The notes under the pieces were generated by a model. That model ran no database searches. It was given only the letters and a program-made list of their open reading frames with translations, and was not told the origin of the DNA. A DNA stretch of 11,073 nucleotides from Cyanobacteria bacterium J06626_4 (GTDB taxonomy: Bacteria; Cyanobacteriota; Cyanobacteriia; Phormidesmidales; Phormidesmidaceae). The DNA is taken from positions 1 through 11,073 of the forward strand of contig JBCBJQ010000146.1 of NCBI GenBank assembly GCA_038523235.1. Direction: 5' to 3'. Every line of letters begins with the position of its first letter. Within the stretch, counting starts at the first letter, position 1. A program made the position numbers and the translations under genes. Below are positions 6,801-11,073 of the stretch, piece after piece.

Positions 6801-8018
6801 ATGATAGTGTTTCCTACCAAGAAGTTCGCTAATTCTCAAAGCCGCCATTGGCGTTGGCTATTCGGCATCGTCCTTACCTGTTCCGGGTGTGCAGCCTTCT
6901 CGCAGGCAGAGACCACCCCCGAAGTCGTCGCCCCGTCAGCACCACCGGCAAATGTGGCGGTGGCCAATCGCGTCGTCGCTCTAGGACGGTTGGTGCCCAA
7001 AGGCGAAGTGATTCAGCTGTCAGTGCCCAATGCCGAAGACAGTCGGGTCAACCAGATCTTGGTGGCCGAAGGTGACTTTGTGGAAGCGGGGCAGATAATT
7101 GCCATTTTGCAAGGCTATGAACGCCGCCAGCGAGATTTAGAAGAGGCGGAAAAAACGGTGGGCGTTTACCAGGCAAAACTGGAGCAGATGCGCGCTGGGA
7201 ATGCCAAGACGGCGGAAATTGCCGCTCAGCGAGAAGCGATTGAGGCGCTTGAAGTCCAGCAGCGCCATGAAATCGAGGAACGGGAAGCGGCGATCGCTCG
7301 GGCCGAGGCGTCCCTGAGCCAGGCGGCCGTCACCTATCAGCGGAATCAAGACTTGGTCGCGGCCGGAGCCATCAGCCAGCAAGTGCGCGATGAGTCTCAA
7401 GAAGCGCTGGATGTGGCCCGTGCCACTTTAGCCGAACGGCAGGCGCAGCTCCAGAACAGCCAGCAAACCCGCACCGAGCAGATTGAACGGGAACGCGAAA
7501 CCCTCGCCACCTTGCAAGAGGTGCGGCCGGTGGATGTGCAGGTGGCTCAAGCTGAGCTAGAGCGGGCGCAGATTGCCGTCGAGCAGCGGCGGGCCGATTT
7601 AGCCGATACTCAAGTGCGGGTGCCGGTGGCGGGGCAGATTTTGCGCCTTAATACCCGTGTCGGTGAGCGAGTCAATACCGAGGAGGGCATTGCTGAACTC
7701 GGTCAAACCAGTGAAATGCAGGCGATCGCTGAGGTTTACGAAACCGATATTCTCAAAGTTAGGGTGGGGCAACCGGCGACCATCACCAGTGAATACGGCG
7801 GCTTCACCGGCATCCTTCGCGGGCAGGTCGAACATGTCGGTCTGCAAATTGGCACGCGCAGTCTAGCGGATGGCTCGACTAACCCCACCACCGACGAAAA
7901 CCAACGGGTGGTGGAAGTCCACATCCGCGTTCACCCTGAGGATAGCCCCCAGGTCGCTAGCCTGACGAACATGCAGGTGCGGATCGAGATCAATACCAGC
8001 GCCCCGGAGACGCCATGA
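6801..8018 (+). CDS. devB: DevB-family / HlyD-type membrane fusion (periplasmic adaptor) protein
   Basis: 'VVALGRLVPKGEVI', lipoyl-like 'ILVAEGDFVEAGQIIAIL', long coiled coil, 'VRVPVAGQIL', 'AEVYETDILKVRVGQ', 'RVVEVHIR', 'LTNMQVRIEI'. Start uncertain: ATG 6801 chosen, ORF open from 6660. Confidence 0.85.
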   Translation: MIVFPTKKFANSQSRHWRWLFGIVLTCSGCAAFSQAETTPEVVAPSAPPANVAVANRVVALGRLVPKGEVIQLSVPNAEDSRVNQILVAEGDFVEAGQIIAILQGYERRQRDLEEAEKTVGVYQAKLEQMRAGNAKTAEIAAQREAIEALEVQQRHEIEEREAAIARAEASLSQAAVTYQRNQDLVAAGAISQQVRDESQEALDVARATLAERQAQLQNSQQTRTEQIERERETLATLQEVRPVDVQVAQAELERAQIAVEQRRADLADTQVRVPVAGQILRLNTRVGERVNTEEGIAELGQTSEMQAIAEVYETDILKVRVGQPATITSEYGGFTGILRGQVEHVGLQIGTRSLADGSTNPTTDENQRVVEVHIRVHPEDSPQVASLTNMQVRIEINTSAPETP

Positions 8019-9259
8019 AGCGGGGTAAAGGGCGGCGATCGCTGCGCATCTGGTGGGAGACCCACAAGCCTTTAGGGTGGGCGCAACTGAGCCACCGCAA
8101 AATTCGGCTGCTGGTGGCCATCATTGGCGTGGCATTTGCCAATATTTTGATCTTTACCCAGTTGGGGCTGCGGGCCATGCTGTTTGATGGGTTGACGCTC
8201 GTGCCCGATCACCTGCAAGGCGATCTGTTCCTCGTTTCGGCCTATGCTCCCAATATTGATCTGGGCACGTTTCCCAAAATCTATCTCTATCAGGCCGACG
8301 CTGTGGATGGCGTGGCGATCGCCAGCCCGCTGTACATTGAGTTTGCCGATTGGGTCAACCCTCAGGATCTGACGCCCGAGGCGATCGCCGCTCTAGACGA
8401 AGCTGAACCAGAGTCCACCTTTCAGCTGTTTCCTAACGCGGTCAAAATCTTAGCCTTCAACCCGACTCAGCCGGTGCTATCGATCCCCGAGGTCGATCAA
8501 CAGATTGACCGCATTTCGACGCCGGGCACCGTGCTCTACGATCGCCTCGGCCAAGAAAAATTTGGCCCCATTGCCGCCCTCTTTGAGCAACAGGGCCGCG
8601 TCACGACCCTGATGGACAACCAGCGCGTGTATGTCACGGGTCTGTTTAGTCTGGGCAGCACTCTGTTTGATAACGGTCACCTGGTCATGAGCGATTGGAC
8701 TTATACGCAGTGGTTTGGCGTCGAGAGGTTAGAAAATGTCAGCGTCGGCGTGTTGACTTTAGAGGCGGGGGCTGATCGAGAAACGGTGCGGCAAACCCTC
8801 GCAGCCACGTTACCCAATTCCATCAATATTCTGACGCAGTCAGAATTGGCGGACGCTGAGCAAGCGTTTCGCGCCTCGCTACCCAACGGCAAGATTCTCA
8901 ACTTTGGGGCCATGATGGGCTTTATCGTGGGCATCGTCATCGTGTATCAAGTGCTGTACACCGACATCAGCGACCACCTGCCCGAATACGCCACCCTCAA
9001 GGCGATGGGGTACAGCGATCGCCGTTTACTCTGGGTCGTGTGGCAAGAGGCGATCGTCCTGGCCGTGATGGGCTTCATCCCCGGTTACCTGGCCTCCTAT
9101 GGCGTCTACCATCTGCTGACGCTCTTGACCCGCATTCCCCTGGTGATGAAAACCCAGGTCGCGATCACGGTGTTTCTCTTGACGCTGGTGATGTGTGGCC
9201 TATCAGGGGCGATCGCCATGAATAAGCTGCGCTCCGCTGACCCTGCCGACGTGTTTTAA
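8015..9259 (+). CDS. devC: DevC-family ABC exporter permease (FtsX-like)
   Basis: 'WAQLSHRKIRLLVAIIGVAFANILIFTQLG', 'VIVYQVLYTDISDHLPEYATLKAMGY' and the C-terminal 'KLRSADPADVF' are DevC hallmarks. ATGA overlap with devB. Confidence 0.92.
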   Translation: MKRGKGRRSLRIWWETHKPLGWAQLSHRKIRLLVAIIGVAFANILIFTQLGLRAMLFDGLTLVPDHLQGDLFLVSAYAPNIDLGTFPKIYLYQADAVDGVAIASPLYIEFADWVNPQDLTPEAIAALDEAEPESTFQLFPNAVKILAFNPTQPVLSIPEVDQQIDRISTPGTVLYDRLGQEKFGPIAALFEQQGRVTTLMDNQRVYVTGLFSLGSTLFDNGHLVMSDWTYTQWFGVERLENVSVGVLTLEAGADRETVRQTLAATLPNSINILTQSELADAEQAFRASLPNGKILNFGAMMGFIVGIVIVYQVLYTDISDHLPEYATLKAMGYSDRRLLWVVWQEAIVLAVMGFIPGYLASYGVYHLLTLLTRIPLVMKTQVAITVFLLTLVMCGLSGAIAMNKLRSADPADVF

Positions 9260-9431
9260 CCTGAGTTCGGGATAAGACTGACAAGGGATCTGCGGGTAGT
9301 TTGAGGGCCAAATCCCCTCTTGGGAGGGGCTGATGGGGTGGGTTCAAGCCGTCGGAGAAACCCACCTCGTCCTGCGGACACCCCTCCCAGAAGGGGAAAG
9401 TAACAGGTTTTGCCTTAACCCGAACTGACGT
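9259..9431. mobile_element. MITE (173 bp) with IS982-like ends
   Basis: TIRs ACCTGAGTTCGGGATAAG (9259-9276) and CTTAACCCGAACTGACGT (9414-9431), 15/18 matching, flanked by a perfect 7-bp direct repeat TGTTTTA (9252-9258 and 9432-9438). No credible ORF. 5'-AC ends and this duplication length fit IS982. Confidence 0.85.
9313..9397. repeat. GC-rich REP-like inverted doublet inside the MITE
   Basis: TCCCCTCTTGGGAGGGG (9313-9329) vs CCCCTCCCAGAAGGGGA (9381-9397), 15/17 inverted; GGGGTGGGTT (9335-9344) vs AACCCACCTC (9359-9368), 9/10. Each outer arm is itself a small hairpin. Confidence 0.8.
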
Positions 9432-9451
9432 TGTTTTAGAAAGCAGGGGCT

Positions 9452-9691
9452 TCACTTCTGCTCTGCGTCTTCCGGATTCAGCTTTGCACCTGCTGCCACA
9501 TCGTCAGGGAAGAAAACTGCCTCAACGGGCAGTTCAAACAGGCGCGCAATTTTAAATGCTAGCAAGAGACTGGGGTCATATTTGCCCGTCTCAATGGCAT
9601 TAATCGTTTGTCGCGACACCTCTAGCCGCTCGGCCAGGTCTGCTTGTGACCACTCCCGTTCAGCTCGCAGCACGCGCAGTTTACTTTTCAT
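9452..9691 (-). CDS. XRE/Cro-C1 family helix-turn-helix transcriptional regulator
   Basis: 'LRVLRAEREWSQADLAERLEVSRQTINAIETGKYDPSLLLAFKIARLF' is a classic HTH_3 domain. ATGA overlap with the upstream gene. Confidence 0.95.
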   Translation of the reverse strand: MKSKLRVLRAEREWSQADLAERLEVSRQTINAIETGKYDPSLLLAFKIARLFELPVEAVFFPDDVAAGAKLNPEDAEQK

Positions 9692-10068
9692 CGATATCGG
9701 CGTGATGACCAGTTAACGCCAACAATCCACATCGCCCCCATCAGCGGCCACACATATAGCCAGCTGACTGGCGGAAACCCAGCGACTTGTAGCCAACCGT
9801 AGGTAAAGCTGACCACTGCGGTACCCGCAAAGGCAAAGCCGAGTGCCTCAATGTGAAACTGACGATGAAATTCGTCCACCCGTCTCAGCAGCCGCACCAC
9901 CACAACGAGCACATAACAGGACGGGATAACTGGCAACAGTGCCATCGGTACTCGTAACGCACTATCGGGGTACCGATTTAATAAGGACAGGGCGATGAAC
10001 ACCGCCATCGTATACATCGCCATCGTCATCGCGAGTTCAATCACATACTTACGATAAGGAGCATACAT
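9688..10068 (-). CDS. Small 4-TM membrane protein of the type commonly paired with XRE regulators
   Basis: Four hydrophobic segments, a central 'RRVDEFHRQFHIEALGFAF' motif and C-terminal 'RRYR'. ATG 10068 has AGCAGGT upstream; 10095 and 10101 are alternatives. The ORF-track start at 10152 runs through the promoter. Confidence 0.8.
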   Translation of the reverse strand: MYAPYRKYVIELAMTMAMYTMAVFIALSLLNRYPDSALRVPMALLPVIPSCYVLVVVVRLLRRVDEFHRQFHIEALGFAFAGTAVVSFTYGWLQVAGFPPVSWLYVWPLMGAMWIVGVNWSSRRYR

Positions 10069-10108
10069 AGTGAACCTGCTTGAATGAGAGAGCATCTTCA
10101 TGATCAAA

Positions 10109-10148
10109 AGTGTAAGGCTTGCTTTCCATAAAGACAAGCAGACTTTAC
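10109..10148 (-). promoter_or_regulatory. Sigma70-type promoter overlapped by two tandem palindromic operators
   Basis: Minus strand: TTGTCT (10137-10132), 17-bp spacer, TACACT (10114-10109). Operators GTAAGG-cttg-CTTTCC (10112-10127) and GACAAG-caga-CTTTAC (10133-10148) share the consensus GTAAAG-N4-CTTTAC and are 21 bp apart. Confidence 0.75.
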
Positions 10149-10391
10149 ACAACCTGGTCTCATCCCAGTCCTCGATTTTGGGGCGACAGAGGCTGGATGG
10201 GTCAGGAAGTGATGGGGGACTGAGTTGAATCGGCAGAGAATCGGCATCAAACTCAAGCCGAGATCGCCGCGATCTCTGACTCGGCTATCTCATTCAACGT
10301 CAAAGACTAACTCGATTCCATCAATTGTCTGGGTTCACCCTCTCGATAGCTCACACCACAGACCAACATCAATGACGCTTGAGTAACCAAT

Positions 10392-10613
10392 TTACCTAAG
10401 GTGAGCGGTATCGCGATCGCGCACATCCGCTGGCAAAGCTACCAAAGCGGCCCGATCATAAATGGCATCCACTGAGCCCAACATCTCGCTAGAAACCTGA
10501 AAAATATCCCCGACAAAAATGTCGATATTTTCTGCGCTGTAATGCTTAACTTCACCCACTTCTAAAATTTGGGGCGTGACGTCTAGTTCCACAAATAACT
10601 GCTGAATGGCGAT
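10392..10613 (-). pseudogene. tpm: Internal fragment of a thiopurine S-methyltransferase gene
   Basis: 'IAIQQLFVELDVTP...IDIFVGDIF...VDAIYDRAALVALP...TAHL' is the TPMT core. The N-terminal SAM-binding motif and the C-terminal third are absent; stop at 10392-10394. Confidence 0.85.
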
Positions 10614-10634
10614 ATAGTTGACAAGGACAGGATT

Positions 10635-10656
10635 TGCTTTACTTTATGGAAAGCAA
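10635..10656 (+). repeat. Inverted second copy of the XRE operator/promoter segment
   Basis: TGCTTTACTTTATGGAAAGCAA matches the reverse complement of 10119-10140 (TGCTTGTCTTTATGGAAAGCAA) at 20/22 positions. Confidence 0.75.
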
Positions 10657-10724
10657 TATTGTTTGATCCCCACTTCTGAAGCTAATAAACTTTAACCTAT
10701 TTGTAAGATGTCACTTATCGAGTA

Positions 10725-11072
10725 CTATTCTCTATAACAACCGTAGAATTTTTCATGCCCTGCTTCAATGAAGGCATTTTCTGCACTCTCAAAATCATGA
10801 ACCACCAACTCAGCAAAAGCAAACCCTACTTCAATGTATGACTCTAAAAGGTCATTATTCTCTCGGAAATCTTCAATTATCATTCTTCTACTGTTACGTT
10901 CCTTATCTGAAATGCCATCAATTTTTGATAAAACTTCAAGAGCATTATCGAAAGCTGTGTCTGATGAGTTATCCCCATCAGCGAACAACGCAAATGCCAT
11001 ATCTCTCATCGAAATGAACTCTAAAAGTGGATAATCATCGAATACCGTTGAGTATTCATCTAAAATTTCGTT
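10725..11072 (-). CDS. Hypothetical acidic protein, 3' part (starts beyond the window)
   Basis: The frame stays open upstream of ATG 11009 to the window edge (NEILDEYSTVFDDYPLLEFIS-MRDM...). AT-rich, no HIP1, no recognisable motif. Confidence 0.7.
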   Translation of the reverse strand, partial: NEILDEYSTVFDDYPLLEFISMRDMAFALFADGDNSSDTAFDNALEVLSKIDGISDKERNSRRMIIEDFRENNDLLESYIEVGFAFAELVVHDFESAENAFIEAGHEKFYGCYRE

Positions 11073-11073
11073 G

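Larger units (their letters stand above)
3394..9216. repeat. HIP1 octamers (GCGATCGC), dispersed
   Basis: Manual count: 3394, 3596, 3665, 4121, 4232, 5916, 6366, 7290, 7722, 8035, 8315, 8381, 9015, 9209; outside this span only 180 and 10413. A hallmark of cyanobacterial genomes. Confidence 0.9.

Noticed and set aside
9313..9397. CRISPR array or tRNA
   Set aside because: The repeats are inverted, not direct with spacers; there is no cloverleaf and no cas gene.
9165..9455. 96-aa minus-strand ORF
   Set aside because: It spans the MITE and the end of devC and has no transposase features.
10102..10152. N-terminal extension of the membrane protein given by the ORF track
   Set aside because: It coincides with the predicted -35/-10 and operators.
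10657..10724. attC site after the right-hand AT-rich gene (minus strand)
   Set aside because: ATCTTAC is only loosely R''-like, and no complementary L'/R' arm was found.
10834..11034. 66-aa plus-strand ORF
   Set aside because: It is antisense to the longer open minus-strand frame and has low-complexity, Ser-rich composition.

Overview
Cyanobacterial DNA: the HIP1 octamer GCGATCGC is dense in the central block, consistent with a Leptolyngbya/Nodosilinea-like host. The window has three parts. (1) 1-3050 is an accessory region. It starts with the right end of an IS5-family (ISL2/IS702-like) element, followed by four unrelated co-oriented genes: VOC/glyoxalase, DUF2200, an alpha/beta hydrolase and a trypsin-like protease. 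Degenerate integron attC-like sites punctuate these genes, and in the two best sites the crossover GTT reads ATT. This looks like a decayed, integrase-less cassette array (CALIN-like). (2) 3103-9259 is a HIP1-rich transport module: two tandem ABCD/YddA-type fused permease-ATPase genes on the minus strand, divergent from a devB-devC-like pair with no adjacent devA. A 173-bp MITE (18-bp TIRs, 7-bp target duplication, IS982-like ends) carrying a REP-like palindrome sits in the devC stop codon. (3) 9452-11073 holds a membrane protein + XRE regulator operon with a sigma70-type promoter overlapped by tandem palindromic operators, and a second inverted copy of that operator segment about 500 bp away. 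It also holds an internal fragment of a thiopurine S-methyltransferase gene and the 3' end of an AT-rich hypothetical gene. All calls come from reading the sequence by eye; no database search was run.
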